Positions 51,097 through 62,049 of a stretch of DNA of 64,000 nucleotides are shown here, piece after piece. Origin of the DNA: Candidatus Bathyarchaeota archaeon (lineage in GTDB: Archaea; Thermoproteota; Bathyarchaeia; Bathyarchaeales; Bathycorpusculaceae); assembly GCA_963826715.1 (NCBI GenBank), contig CAWGYA010000002.1:64001-128000 (forward strand). Reading direction: 5' to 3'. Position 1 is the stretch's first letter, and each line of letters opens with the position of its first letter. A program made the position numbers and the translations under genes. The notes beneath the pieces were generated by a model that was given only the letters and a program-made list of their open reading frames with translations, made no database searches and was not told where the DNA came from.

Positions 51097-52068
51097 TTAA
51101 AAATGGGCTCTTTCCGGCACTTGAAGGCGAAGTTGCTTTGTTAGCATTTTGTATCTGTTTCTAACTGTAACTTCTGTGACTCCAGCAGCTTCCGCAATGT
51201 CTTTCTGAGTAATCTTTTCATTATTCTGAAGACAAGCAATATAAAGAGACGCAGCCGCCATACCCATTGGATCCTTGCCAGCTGAAAATCGTTTTTGTTT
51301 AGCATCTCGCAGTATTGCGATTGCGACTCCTTGTGTTTTACCTGATATTTCATTTTTTTCAGCAATTTTTGAAACATATGTCAATGGATCAGATATAGGC
51401 ATGTGAAAATCAAGTTTTTGCAGCAGTAACCGGTAGCATCGTGCAACATCGTTCTTGTTAACTAGACTTGCTTGTGAAATTTCGCGAAGAGTTCGAGGGG
51501 ATCCGCTTTTGCGGCACGCAGCATACAAGGAGGCTGCAACAATGGCGGAGATGGATCTTCCTCGAACTAATCTCTTTTCCAATGCTTTGCGATAAATTAA
51601 AGCGGCTTTTTCTTTCATTGACGGTGAGATAGATACTTTGCCGGATAACCTGTCAAGTTCGCCCATTGCTTGTGCAAGATTTCGGTCGGTGGATGAGTGA
51701 ACCTGGCTGCGTATTTGCCATTTCCTAAGACGCCACATCTGAAGGCGTGTAGATATTGGAAGTTTTCTTCCTAATGCATCTCTATCAATTTGGCTGATGG
51801 TTGTGGATAATCCTTTATCATGAACCGAATAAGAAGTAGGCATACCAACACGACTACGAGAAGCCTTCTCCTGCGGAGTAAACGCACGCCACTCCGGAGC
51901 CTTATCCAACATCTGCTCATACAAAACAAGACCACAATCACCACAAATAGTTTCACCAGTATCATAATCATGAACAAGATTGTCACTTGAACATTCAGGG
52001 CACTTATCTTTTAATCGTTGATTTGTTTTAGTGAATTCTTTAGTAATTTCAATTTGGGTTATACTCAT
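51097..52068 (-). CDS. tfb: transcription initiation factor IIB
   Basis: CPEC...CGDCG Zn ribbon, PEWRAF B-reader, two cyclin repeats, VTEVTVRNRYK. Confidence 0.95.
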   Translation of the reverse strand: MSITQIEITKEFTKTNQRLKDKCPECSSDNLVHDYDTGETICGDCGLVLYEQMLDKAPEWRAFTPQEKASRSRVGMPTSYSVHDKGLSTTISQIDRDALGRKLPISTRLQMWRLRKWQIRSQVHSSTDRNLAQAMGELDRLSGKVSISPSMKEKAALIYRKALEKRLVRGRSISAIVAASLYAACRKSGSPRTLREISQASLVNKNDVARCYRLLLQKLDFHMPISDPLTYVSKIAEKNEISGKTQGVAIAILRDAKQKRFSAGKDPMGMAAASLYIACLQNNEKITQKDIAEAAGVTEVTVRNRYKMLTKQLRLQVPERAHF

Positions 52069-52366
52069 TTTTTCAACTCAATTCATTTGCACATAATCAT
52101 CCCTTTCAGGACATAAAAAATTATGATGCGACCTGCACAACCTATCTAAAAAGAGAGGTGTACCTATTATAGATGATTTATTTTTTTAATTATTTTATGA
52201 AGTAAAATATAGAATCAATGCGCTATAAAGATAAACTTCCAAAAATCAAATAACTTTTCCTAAAACCATGAAAAAAATCAAAGGCCTTGTTAATTTGTGT
52301 AATCAATATTTTCCTTAAAAGAAATCTAAGAGATAAAAAAAGGAAAAAAAGTGTTGTAGCCTATGG

Positions 52367-54280
52367 CTACTTCACTTTATAGTCTTCTGAATCGACCACT
52401 TCAGGTCCTTCTGGACCCTGACCACCGTTTGGTGGTGTCTCAGGTCCTGGACCAGCACCAGGTTGTTGACCAGCCTGTCCACCTTGAGCTTGTTGCTGCT
52501 TTGCCGCTTCTGCTGCAGCCTGTTGGTAGACTTTGGTTCCAACTTCTTGGAGCACTTTCTGTAGCTCATCGGATTTTGTTTTAACCAATGCCATATCATT
52601 GTTTGCTAGTGCGTTTTTGAGTTCAGTGACTGCTGCGTCGATTTTAGCCGTTTCTTCGGGACTAATTTTGCCTGATAGGTCCTGCTTTGTGCGTTCAGCT
52701 GTGTAAACAAGGCTATCGGCTGTATTCCGGGTTTCTGCTTCTTCTTTCTTTTTGCGGTCTTGGTCAGCGAATTGTTCTGCGTCGCGTATTAAGCGATCTT
52801 TTTCCTCTTTGGAGAGCTTGGTGGATGCTGTGATGGTAATTTTTGCCTGTTTGCCAGTGCCACGGTCTTTAGCAGTCACGTTTAGAATGCCATTTGCATC
52901 AATATCAAAGGTAACTTCAATCTGTGGTACCCCACGTGGCGCGGGGGGGAGATCTACGAGGTTGAATTCACCCAGAGATACGTTGTCGCCTGCCATTGCG
53001 CGTTCTCCTTGAAGGACGTGAATTGTAACTGCGGTTTGGAAATCTGCTGCTGTGCTGAACACTTGGCTTCGCTTTGTGGGTATGGTTGTGTTCTTTTCAA
53101 GGACGCGAGTCATTACTCCGCCCATGGTTTCAACCCCTAAACTTAGAGGGGTAACATCGAGCAAGAGTAAGTCTTTGACTTCTCCTGTAATGACTCCGGC
53201 TTGGATTGCTGCACCGATAGCGACACATTCCATGGGGTCTAGACCGCGTTCGGGGGCTTTGCCGAGTATTTGTTCAACGAAACGTTGCACGAGTGGCATT
53301 CTGGTCATGCCGCCTATGAGGATGATTTTGTCTACTTGTTGTGGATTGAGTTTGGCATCTTCCAAGGCTTTTAGGAGGGTAGGTCTTGTGCGTTCTACGA
53401 TTGGTTGGGCGAGAGATTCAAGTTTAGTTCTTGTTAGGGTGAGATGGAGGTGTTTGGGTCCTGAGGCATCTGCAGTTAGAAAAGGCAGATCAATGTCGGT
53501 GCTCATAAGCGTTGAGAGCTCGATCTTGGCTTTCTCCGCCGCATCTTTTAACCGTGACATTGCCATACGATCATTACTAACATCTACACCCGTTTGTCGC
53601 TTGAATTCGTCAAGTATGTATGTCATGATTGCTTTGTCAACATCGGTTCCACCGAGTTGAGTATCTCCACTAGTGCTGAGCACTTGGAACACACCTTTAC
53701 CGAAATCCATTAAAGTTACATCGTGGGTTCCCCCGCCGAAGCTGAAAACGAGAATCTTCATTTCCTGCTCAAGTTTATCAATACCATAAGCAAGGCATGC
53801 CGCTGTAGGTTCATTGATGATACGCATAACTTGGAATCCTGCAATTTCGCCTGCATCCTTAGTAGCTTGTCTTTGGTTGTCGTCGAAATGCGCTGGTACG
53901 GTAATGACTGCCTGGTTTATGGTTCCTCCAAGATACGTTTCGGCGTCCTTTTTGATTTTCTGCAGAATAAAAGCAGAGATTTGCTGGGGGCTGTATTCTT
54001 TGCCGTAAATGCTAGCTTTGTAGTTCGTACCCATTTTGCGTTTTATTTCAAATATTGTGCCTTCGGAATTAGTTGTCGCTTGACGTTTTGCTGGTTCACC
54101 GACCAGTAGCTGTCCATCTTTCGTGAAAGCTACAACAGATGGAAACATTTTGCCTGCCATCGTTGGTCCTTCAGCACTGGGGATAACAGATGCGTGTCCC
54201 CCCTCATAGATTGCTGCTGCTGAATTGGTTGTTCCTAAGTCTATTCCTAAGACTTTTTGATTTGTTTTTTGGTTACTCAT
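52367..54280 (-). CDS. dnaK: chaperone DnaK
   Basis: [27 protein letters not shown]. Confidence 0.98.
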   Translation of the reverse strand: MSNQKTNQKVLGIDLGTTNSAAAIYEGGHASVIPSAEGPTMAGKMFPSVVAFTKDGQLLVGEPAKRQATTNSEGTIFEIKRKMGTNYKASIYGKEYSPQQISAFILQKIKKDAETYLGGTINQAVITVPAHFDDNQRQATKDAGEIAGFQVMRIINEPTAACLAYGIDKLEQEMKILVFSFGGGTHDVTLMDFGKGVFQVLSTSGDTQLGGTDVDKAIMTYILDEFKRQTGVDVSNDRMAMSRLKDAAEKAKIELSTLMSTDIDLPFLTADASGPKHLHLTLTRTKLESLAQPIVERTRPTLLKALEDAKLNPQQVDKIILIGGMTRMPLVQRFVEQILGKAPERGLDPMECVAIGAAIQAGVITGEVKDLLLLDVTPLSLGVETMGGVMTRVLEKNTTIPTKRSQVFSTAADFQTAVTIHVLQGERAMAGDNVSLGEFNLVDLPPAPRGVPQIEVTFDIDANGILNVTAKDRGTGKQAKITITASTKLSKEEKDRLIRDAEQFADQDRKKKEEAETRNTADSLVYTAERTKQDLSGKISPEETAKIDAAVTELKNALANNDMALVKTKSDELQKVLQEVGTKVYQQAAAEAAKQQQAQGGQAGQQPGAGPGPETPPNGGQGPEGPEVVDSEDYKVK

Positions 54281-54307
54281 TTATTTTTTTTCCTCCAATT
54301 ATTTTTT

Positions 54308-54808
54308 TTACTTTGATGGGTTAGCTACCTTAACGATGCTGGGACGTAGCGCCTTATCCTTTAACTTATAGCCCTTGCGAATTTCTTCTACAATAACACA
54401 ATCTTTTACGTCGTCACGAGTTTCGGCAGCAATAGCGTGGTGGCAAGCTGGGTCAAAAACCATGCCCTCGCCACACTCTATAGCAGAAACGTTTTCTTGC
54501 TCAAGAACTTTTCTGAGTTTTTTTAGGGTCATTTCGACGCCTTCAACAAGTGTTTTTTGAGATGTTTCCGAGGCATTGGCAACTTTAACTGCTAACTCGA
54601 GTTCATCAACAACATCGAGTAGCTGTAGAATTATGCGTTCGGCACAACATCTTCTGGTTTGCTCAAGGTCTCGGTCAAATCTTTTTTTGACATTTTCGAA
54701 GTCTGCCTGCAAATACTTTAGCCTAGTCAAGTAGTCTTCAGAGCGTTTCTTTTCTGATTCAAGGAGTTTTTCAAAATCAATGGGCTGTGGTTCTTTGTCT
54801 TCAACCAT
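54308..54808 (-). CDS. grpE: nucleotide exchange factor GrpE
   Basis: LQADFEN, FDP..H.A, KGY.L....LRPS.V.V. Confidence 0.93.
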   Translation of the reverse strand: MVEDKEPQPIDFEKLLESEKKRSEDYLTRLKYLQADFENVKKRFDRDLEQTRRCCAERIILQLLDVVDELELAVKVANASETSQKTLVEGVEMTLKKLRKVLEQENVSAIECGEGMVFDPACHHAIAAETRDDVKDCVIVEEIRKGYKLKDKALRPSIVKVANPSK

Positions 54809-54832
54809 GCGCTTCTTCCTCTACTTATGTGT

Positions 54833-55240
54833 CTATGCGACGTATTTCTGCATTTTTGTGCGTGAAGCTTCTGAGTCTTCAGCAGGCAACTCTTGAGGTT
54901 GTTCTTCCTGCATACATTGATTATTCGGCAGCATCTTTGCTTGCTCGACTAGTTTTCTAAAGATGATTTCGGTGACTTGGTCTCCAACGGCATCTTCTTT
55001 TAGTTCCGTATTAAAGGCGTATTTTTTGAATGCTTCAACAATTTCTTTTTTGTCAATTACCACTTTTGGGTTTGAGATATCTGTCCATCCAGCCGACATT
55101 AACTTGTGCCCGAGTTCAATGAATATGTTGACCATTGTAGTATAATCGATATCAAGAGGCGTATCTCCAGTTAAGAATCGTCCTTTTGCAAGTAGAATTT
55201 TTTTGTCGTTTTCAGGGGTTATTGTTAAGCTTCTGCGCAT
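54833..55240 (-). CDS. hypothetical protein leading the grpE-dnaK operon (possible ribbon-helix-helix)
   Basis: N-terminal MRRSLTIT strand followed by helices; 24 bp upstream of grpE. Confidence 0.6.
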   Translation of the reverse strand: MRRSLTITPENDKKILLAKGRFLTGDTPLDIDYTTMVNIFIELGHKLMSAGWTDISNPKVVIDKKEIVEAFKKYAFNTELKEDAVGDQVTEIIFRKLVEQAKMLPNNQCMQEEQPQELPAEDSEASRTKMQKYVA

Positions 55241-55436
55241 TTATTCACCAACATCAAAACGGTATTCCACCGCTTCACCTAATGCACACCTACACGCTTG
55301 CTTATATTCTTTCCCTAAAAATGAGCCAAACCTAACAATCCAAACACAGGGGAAAGCATCAAAACACTCTCTGCTGTGAGTTAGATAACAATGGTTATTG
55401 TTCGAAAGTTGAAAAAAAGAAAAGAATTGTTTAAGG

Positions 55437-56009
55437 CTAATAGTTTTCGGCATAAACTTCAAAGTATGCTTTAGGGTGATTGCAGGTTGGACATTTATCT
55501 GGGGCCATAGAGCTATCGATGACTAAGCCACAGTTTCTACATTTCCATTTAATTGGAGCATCCTTCTTGAAAACTCGGCCTGATTCTATGCTTTCAAGTA
55601 GTTTGTTGTAACGCCGTTCGTGAGAAACTTCAACTTTAGCCACCATCCGAAAAGTTGAGGCAACATCTTTGAAACCTTCTTGTTCGGCAATATTGCCGAA
55701 GTTTGGATAAAGCGTACCCCATTCAAGTTTTTCGCCTGCGGCAGCTGCTTTCAAGTTATCCGCCGTGGTCGCAATAATACCTGCTGGGTAAGCTGCAGTG
55801 AACTCTACCATTCCGCCTTTGAGGTGCTTAAAGAAAAGTTCCGCATGTTCCTTCTCGTTTCCCGCAGTTTCCTCGAAAATTGCAGCTATCTGTTCATAAC
55901 CCTCTTTTTTGGCTACGCTGGCAAAGAAGGTATACCGGTTACGTGCCTGGGATTCGCCTGCAAAAGCTGCCAAGAGGTTCTTTTCTGTTTGACTTCCAAC
56001 AAAATCCAT
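55437..56009 (-). CDS. rbr: rubrerythrin
   Basis: TEKNLLAAFAGESQARNRY, E..H diiron motifs, C-terminal CRNCG...CPTC rubredoxin domain; start 56009 after AAGGAG. Confidence 0.93.
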   Translation of the reverse strand: MDFVGSQTEKNLLAAFAGESQARNRYTFFASVAKKEGYEQIAAIFEETAGNEKEHAELFFKHLKGGMVEFTAAYPAGIIATTADNLKAAAAGEKLEWGTLYPNFGNIAEQEGFKDVASTFRMVAKVEVSHERRYNKLLESIESGRVFKKDAPIKWKCRNCGLVIDSSMAPDKCPTCNHPKAYFEVYAENY

Positions 56010-56120
56010 TAGTTTATGCTCCTTATTATGAAGTTGTTTAAACAAAAATAAAAAAGTATCCAAAAATTTATCCGTATTTTATGGTTAATGCTTTTATTTC
56101 TGCTAGACTCTTATTGTGAC

Positions 56121-56185
56121 GCCGGATGATGAGAAGGCATTAGCTTGACGTAAAACGGATGAAAATTCAGAGTTACTCAGACGGC
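56121..56185 (+). ncRNA. box C/D dual-guide sRNA (predicted 23S A1913 and A1938 2'-O-methylation)
   Basis: GCCG-g-AUGAUGA(C)-GAAGGCAUUAGC(12)-UUGA(D')-cguaaaacgg-AUGAAAA(C')-UUCAGAGUUACU(12)-CAGA(D)-CGGC terminal stem. Confidence 0.8.
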
Positions 56186-56297
56186 ATACAATTTTAGTTT
56201 TCAAAAGAATACTTTGATAAAAGTCCAGCGGCTAATCGATAGCAATTTTTAAAAGCACTACGAACAATTCATTTACCCTACTACAGGAAGCGAAAGG

Positions 56298-57938
56298 TTG
56301 GAAACAGTTACAGGGAAAAAAATCGTCCTTACAGCATCAGCTACGGAAATGAGTGATTTCCTCAACAATCCCTTCATTGCCTTTGTCGGAGGCTTCGGCA
56401 AAGGGCCCATCCCTCTCTCATACGTGCGAAAAACACTCTATCCTCATCACCCGAAAAAGTCCGATGGCCAAGCAAGTTATGCCCCATATGGACTTCGAAA
56501 AGTTGAATCCATTCTCCTCGAAGGAGGATTTTCACCAAACGACATCGTCGTTGCAAACCCAGAAGACTTAGATATATTCATTGGACCCCAAACTAGAGTC
56601 GTTGGCATCTCCTCGATGGATCCAACAGGTATGGGTTATGTTAGCAAAACCTACAGCTCAATTGTAGGCGGCGGTGAACCTATGAACCGCATAGAATTCC
56701 GCAAACTTGTAATGCATCCGGCTATCAAAAAATACAAAAATAATCTCAAAATCATTGTGGGCGGATACGGTTCATGGCAACTCGAACGCCAACATGTCTC
56801 TGAAAGCTATGGTATAGATTGTGTATTGATGGGAGGAAGACCGGGACCAATCGTTGAGCTCTTCAAGAAAGCCGTTAGCGGCGAACCGATCCCACGGATA
56901 GCAAAAGCTGATGAATCTTTAGATAATTGGAATTACAACTTAGAAATGCCCCTTACTACAAATGTGGCTATCCACGGGGCAGTAGAGATTTCAAAAGGGT
57001 GTGGTCGCAACTGCCAGTTCTGTACTCCAACGATGCAACACAAAATTGATGTGCCGATAGAAAAAATCATGGCGGAAGTGGCTCTAAGCACCGCTCAAGG
57101 AAGCGACCATATCACATTAATTACCGAAGACTTGTTTCTATACGGCGCCAAAGACAAACGTTTTATCCCTAACCGCGAAGCCGTCGTAAACTTATGCAAT
57201 AAAGTCGCTAAACATCCTGGCGTGAAAAGTATTCAAGCTGCGCATATGTCACTTGCTCCAGTTTCCCACGACCCCCAAATGATTAAAGAACTCGCAGAGG
57301 TTCTCATCGAAAAAAGCTGGTATTCCTTCGGCAAAAAACCCATCATCACCGCAGAAACCGGAATAGAAACAGGCAGCCCACGCCTAATGAAAAAATACAT
57401 GGCAGGCAAAATGTTGCCGTTCCAGCCCGAGCAATGGCAAGACGTGGTCACCAACGCATTCGGTATCCTAAACGACAACGACTGGTACCCACTAGCGACT
57501 CTCATTATTGGATTGCCAGACGAAAAAGAGGAAGACATGCTGCAGACTTTAGAATTAATGGATAAACTCAAGGGATACAATGCGTTCTATGTACCGCTCT
57601 TCTTTGTACCCTTGGAAAACTGTGTGTTGATGAACAAAAAAGGCGCAGAAATTGATTCACTTTCAAAAGCCCGCTGGGACTTCTTCATTAAATGCTGGGA
57701 ATACAACATCAAAATCTGGAAACCAACCTTCCTTGAAAATCGGCTGCCAAACCCAATGATATACAAAACATTCGACAAAATCCTCATTCCATCCTTTGGA
57801 AAAATTTTAGGCTCATATTACGGCTTCACCCGAGGCAGCACCGGAGAACAATTCAAACAAGCTGTTTTCCAACTAAGCATGCCATTACCCGAGAACGGAA
57901 GAAAAGTTAAAGGAAAAATAAAGGCAGCTTACTCTTAA
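56298..57938 (+). CDS. B12-binding-like radical SAM protein
   Basis: APYGLRKVE, KIIVGG.G.WQ, GCGRNCQFC (CxxxCxxC), GIETGS. Confidence 0.88.
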   Translation: METVTGKKIVLTASATEMSDFLNNPFIAFVGGFGKGPIPLSYVRKTLYPHHPKKSDGQASYAPYGLRKVESILLEGGFSPNDIVVANPEDLDIFIGPQTRVVGISSMDPTGMGYVSKTYSSIVGGGEPMNRIEFRKLVMHPAIKKYKNNLKIIVGGYGSWQLERQHVSESYGIDCVLMGGRPGPIVELFKKAVSGEPIPRIAKADESLDNWNYNLEMPLTTNVAIHGAVEISKGCGRNCQFCTPTMQHKIDVPIEKIMAEVALSTAQGSDHITLITEDLFLYGAKDKRFIPNREAVVNLCNKVAKHPGVKSIQAAHMSLAPVSHDPQMIKELAEVLIEKSWYSFGKKPIITAETGIETGSPRLMKKYMAGKMLPFQPEQWQDVVTNAFGILNDNDWYPLATLIIGLPDEKEEDMLQTLELMDKLKGYNAFYVPLFFVPLENCVLMNKKGAEIDSLSKARWDFFIKCWEYNIKIWKPTFLENRLPNPMIYKTFDKILIPSFGKILGSYYGFTRGSTGEQFKQAVFQLSMPLPENGRKVKGKIKAAYS

Positions 57939-58813
57939 ACTATTTCTTCTTCATCCTTTTCTATTTCTAAACTTTCAGGTTCCGACACCATGGGGGTCAT
58001 CGGTGAAATAGAAAATTCGTTTTCTGGCTTAAGGATTTTTCTTGCATGAGTTATGTATCCTGTATGACCTGTCATCATAGTATTTGGTCGTGTTTTTCCA
58101 CGTTCCACCTGCATAGTGCGCATAAGACACTCGACAGTTTCGATAAAGACAAAACCATTTTCACGGAGCGCTTCAGTTGTGCGAACGACCTGGTCTATTG
58201 TGGGGCTAAACGAAACCAAAATTCCGGATGGTTTGAGCGCTTTATAGGCATGTGGAACCACTAGCCATGGAACTGCCAAATCCAGAATTACCGCGTCCAA
58301 ATCCTTCTCTTCGATCCCCATAGTTACATCACCACTTTTCATCTCAACATTATTGATGAGTTTAGAACGTTGCAAATTTTTAGCTGCGTTTTTCTGGAAT
58401 TCTGGGCGTAACTCATAAGTATAAACTTTCCCGCTTTGACCTACATAATGTGCTAATGCGGTGGTTAATGCGGCTGTTCCTGTGCCTGACTCAAAAACGC
58501 GGCTTCCAGGACCTATACCGCTAAACATAACGATGAGTGCAGCGTCTTTAGGGTAAACAATTTGAGTATTTCGTCCTGACTTCATCATATAATCCGTTAA
58601 AGCAGGTTTTAAGGTTGCAAAAGTCACGCCTAGGCTACTTTTAATTGGTTCACCATAGGATTTACCGATTAACTCATCAAGCCGCAGATACCCCTTATGG
58701 GTATGGAAGGTCTGTCCAACCTGTACCTTTATCATGTAAGTTCGCCGTGAATCAAGGTAGATAAGCACGTAATCGCCATCAGAAATGATCTCTTCAGCCA
58801 AATTCAATCCCAT
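57935..58813 (-). CDS. trmI: tRNA (adenine57/58-N1)-methyltransferase
   Basis: TQIVYPKD, ESGTGT, YELR.EF, LDLAVPW, FSPT..Q, HTGY. Confidence 0.93.
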   Translation of the reverse strand: MGLNLAEEIISDGDYVLIYLDSRRTYMIKVQVGQTFHTHKGYLRLDELIGKSYGEPIKSSLGVTFATLKPALTDYMMKSGRNTQIVYPKDAALIVMFSGIGPGSRVFESGTGTAALTTALAHYVGQSGKVYTYELRPEFQKNAAKNLQRSKLINNVEMKSGDVTMGIEEKDLDAVILDLAVPWLVVPHAYKALKPSGILVSFSPTIDQVVRTTEALRENGFVFIETVECLMRTMQVERGKTRPNTMMTGHTGYITHARKILKPENEFSISPMTPMVSEPESLEIEKDEEEIV

Positions 58814-59062
58814 GAAAGGAGAAATGCCGATTGACCCATTTAAGCTTTGAAGATCAGTTGCGAGTTTCCAAATCCGCTATTCCATCTCCAAGACCAAACA
58901 CGCAAAAATTGGTCATAATTTTCCATTAGTTAAAAAGTTCGTATTTATACAGATCAAGTGGGGCAATCAAAGACTTCAGGCAGGTTTCTGGACAAAGCCC
59001 AAAACAAAACTTACAAAAAATTCTGAAAAAAAATATTAAGAGGAAAGAAAAAGCTTGAAGGC

Positions 59063-61024
59063 TTATTTCTTTTCAAGTTGTTTGCGCAGTTCTGCGTATG
59101 TTGCTTTGATGTCTTCGATGCTGCCTTCGTCTTCGATTGTGCTGGTGTCACCTAGGGGTGCACCGGTTAAGACTGCTTTGAGAAGTCTGCGCATGATTTT
59201 GCCACTGCGTGTTTTGGGAAGCTTAGCGACTATTATGACTGCGTCTGGAGTTGCAATTGGACCAATTGTTGTTCTGACGTGTTTTTTAAGTTCAGCGCTA
59301 AGTTCGTCTGAAGGTGTGAATCCGCTACGTAATACTACAAATGCTACTGGTACTTCGCCTTTAACTACATCTTCTTTGCCCATTACTGCTGCTTCGCTGA
59401 CTGCTGGGTGAGATACTAATGCGCTCTCGAGTTCTACTGTACCGATGCGGTGACCTGCTACTTTGAGAACTTCGTCTGCTCTGCCAAGTAACCAGAAGTA
59501 TCCATCTTGATCGCGGATTGCATAGTCGCCGACGTAATAGATTCCTGGCCATTTGCCGAAGTATGTTTGTTTGAACCGGTCGGGATCTTTCCAAATGGTT
59601 TGTAGCATGCCTGGCCAAGGTGACTTTATTACTAGGTAGCCTTTGTTTCCTTGTGAGACTGGTTGTCCCTTTTCGTCGAAGATGTCAGTGTTAACTCCTG
59701 GTAGGGGAAGCGTGGCTGAGCCTGGTTTTAGCGGAGTTAGTTCTATTCCTGTGGTTGGGGAAATCATAAATCCTCCCGTTTCTGTTTGCCACCAGGTGTC
59801 GATTATTGGTAGTTTTTCTTTGCCGATTACACGGTAATACCATTTCCATGCTTCGGGGTTTATAGCTTCACCGACTGAGCCTAGTTCACGTAGTGAACTT
59901 AGGTCGTGTTTGTTGACCCATTCTTCGCCGAATTTCATGAACATGCGGACAGCGGTTGGGGTGCCATATAGAATGGTTATACCGTGGTTTTCGATCATTG
60001 ACCACCAACGGTCTTGTGCTGGATAGTCAGGTGTGCCCTCGAAGAGGAAAGCGGTGATACCGTGGCTCAATGGTGCATACACGTTATATGTGTGTCCTGT
60101 GATCCAGCCGATGTCTGCCACACACCAGTAAATGTCTTCGTCTGTTGGGTTAAACGCCCACTTAAGAGTCCAGTAGGCCCAAACTAGGTATCCGCCTATT
60201 CCATGCTGGACACCTTTTGGTTTGCCAGTTGTGCCTGATGTGTAGAGAATGAAGAGTGGATCAGTTGATTTCATGCTTTCTGGTTCGACGTATGCGTTTG
60301 CCCCGGCTGCAGTTAATGCATCGTGATACCAGACGTCTCGACCTTCTTTCATTTGAACTGCTTGACCGGTTCGTTTAACAACGATAACTTTCTCAACGTT
60401 CGGCATAAGTGATGCTGCCCGATCGGCATTGTCTTTAATTCCTACAGGTTTACCTCTTCGGAAAGAGCCGTCTGCTGTGATTAAGATTTTTGCTTCTGAG
60501 TCGTTTACTCTGTCAGCTAATGCTTCAGCACTGAAACCTGAAAATACTACAGTGTGAACGCCCCCTATTCTTGCTGTTGCCAACAAAGCTATAGGCAATT
60601 CAGGGATGACAGGCATAAATAAAGCAACACGATCACCTTTTTTGACGCCGTAGCTCTTCAAAACTTTTGCCAGTTTGTTTACTTCTCTATAAAGTTGGTA
60701 GTAAGTATAAGTTTTAACTTCGCCCATCTCGCCTTCCCAGATGTAGGCAAGCTTGTTTTTGCGACTGCTCTTAACATGCCTATCAAGTGCATTGTAAGTT
60801 ATGTTAAGTTCGCCATCGGGAAACCACTTGAAAAACGGCGGGTTAGAATCATCCAGCACCTTGGTGAAGGGCTTTATCCAGTCTATTGCTTTGGCTTTTT
60901 CAGCCCAATATTCTTGTGGGTTCTTAATTGAATTTTCCCATTCTTGCTTACGGATTTCTCCAGAAGAAACTTTTGCGATACTGGGATAATATTTTTCATT
61001 GAAAGGTAAACTATTTTCTGACAT
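59063..61024 (-). CDS. acs: acetyl-CoA synthetase (AMP-forming)
   Basis: [32 protein letters not shown]. Confidence 0.96.
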   Translation of the reverse strand: MSENSLPFNEKYYPSIAKVSSGEIRKQEWENSIKNPQEYWAEKAKAIDWIKPFTKVLDDSNPPFFKWFPDGELNITYNALDRHVKSSRKNKLAYIWEGEMGEVKTYTYYQLYREVNKLAKVLKSYGVKKGDRVALFMPVIPELPIALLATARIGGVHTVVFSGFSAEALADRVNDSEAKILITADGSFRRGKPVGIKDNADRAASLMPNVEKVIVVKRTGQAVQMKEGRDVWYHDALTAAGANAYVEPESMKSTDPLFILYTSGTTGKPKGVQHGIGGYLVWAYWTLKWAFNPTDEDIYWCVADIGWITGHTYNVYAPLSHGITAFLFEGTPDYPAQDRWWSMIENHGITILYGTPTAVRMFMKFGEEWVNKHDLSSLRELGSVGEAINPEAWKWYYRVIGKEKLPIIDTWWQTETGGFMISPTTGIELTPLKPGSATLPLPGVNTDIFDEKGQPVSQGNKGYLVIKSPWPGMLQTIWKDPDRFKQTYFGKWPGIYYVGDYAIRDQDGYFWLLGRADEVLKVAGHRIGTVELESALVSHPAVSEAAVMGKEDVVKGEVPVAFVVLRSGFTPSDELSAELKKHVRTTIGPIATPDAVIIVAKLPKTRSGKIMRRLLKAVLTGAPLGDTSTIEDEGSIEDIKATYAELRKQLEKK

Positions 61025-61117
61025 TTTCTCAGTCCCAATTTGTTAGGGGACAAATGGGTCAATAGAATATAAGGATTTTCACATCAAACTTATAAAATAA
61101 AAATAATGAAAGAGAGA

Positions 61118-61711
61118 TTATTTTATTGGAAAAATCGGCAAAACTGTCTTTTGATGTGTTTCATTTAGGACTTCAGCAAGACCAAGGTAGACAGCGCTGA
61201 GACCACAGATAACCCCTTCGATACCAGTGATAGTATTGAAAGTAATATTGCCAAAGATCAAGGGATTACCTGTTGCATCCCGTATAGTCAGCATAAAAAA
61301 CAGAATAAACAACGAACCAAAAACGAATTGCAGAGTACGGTTTGTCTTCAGAGTACCGAAAAACATTGCGAAAGTGAAGAGCCCCCACATGAAGAAGTAG
61401 GCCGCCATAGCGGTATCTGTAGGCGCGGCTAACCCTTCAATAAAGGTTAACTTTGGCAGAATCAAAAGCCCAGCAAGAGACCACCAAAACAAGCCATATG
61501 AGCTGAAGGCCACGGTACCGAAAGTATTGCCTTTTTTGAATTCCATAATACCGACAATAATTTGAGCTAAACCACCATAAAATAAACCCATTGCCAAAAT
61601 CATAGTATCAAGAGGGAATACTCCAGCATTATGTAAATTAAGCAAAACTGTAGTTAATCCAAAGCCTAATAATCCAAGCGGAGCAGGGTTAGATAACTTA
61701 ATACTACTCAC
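61118..61711 (-). CDS. satP: acetate uptake transporter, GPR1/FUN34/YaaH family
   Basis: [22 protein letters not shown]. Confidence 0.92.
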   Translation of the reverse strand: MSSIKLSNPAPLGLLGFGLTTVLLNLHNAGVFPLDTMILAMGLFYGGLAQIIVGIMEFKKGNTFGTVAFSSYGLFWWSLAGLLILPKLTFIEGLAAPTDTAMAAYFFMWGLFTFAMFFGTLKTNRTLQFVFGSLFILFFMLTIRDATGNPLIFGNITFNTITGIEGVICGLSAVYLGLAEVLNETHQKTVLPIFPIK

Positions 61712-62049
61712 GATTATTTTCCCCTTTCACTCTAAAAGTGGTAAAAAATTTAAATATTTTGCGTCCAAGATTTTTTAATTTTAATCCACTATTTTTCCAA
61801 AACAAAAAAAATAAAATAGGTCTGTGGAGAACCTCAGAGGATTCATTAAGAAATAGCGTTGAATAAGTTAGGCGTCGATATTTTTCAGAAAAAATTTCAA
61901 AATGGGTATACCATCAAATAATAAAACTCCAGTAAAACTAAATAAGTAATTACTAGAAGAAAAATCGTTAAAACAACTTCGTTAGCACTGAAGTATTAAG
62001 CGAAAGAGATTTAATTAAGAACTATTACAAATGTGCGCTGGGAATACAA

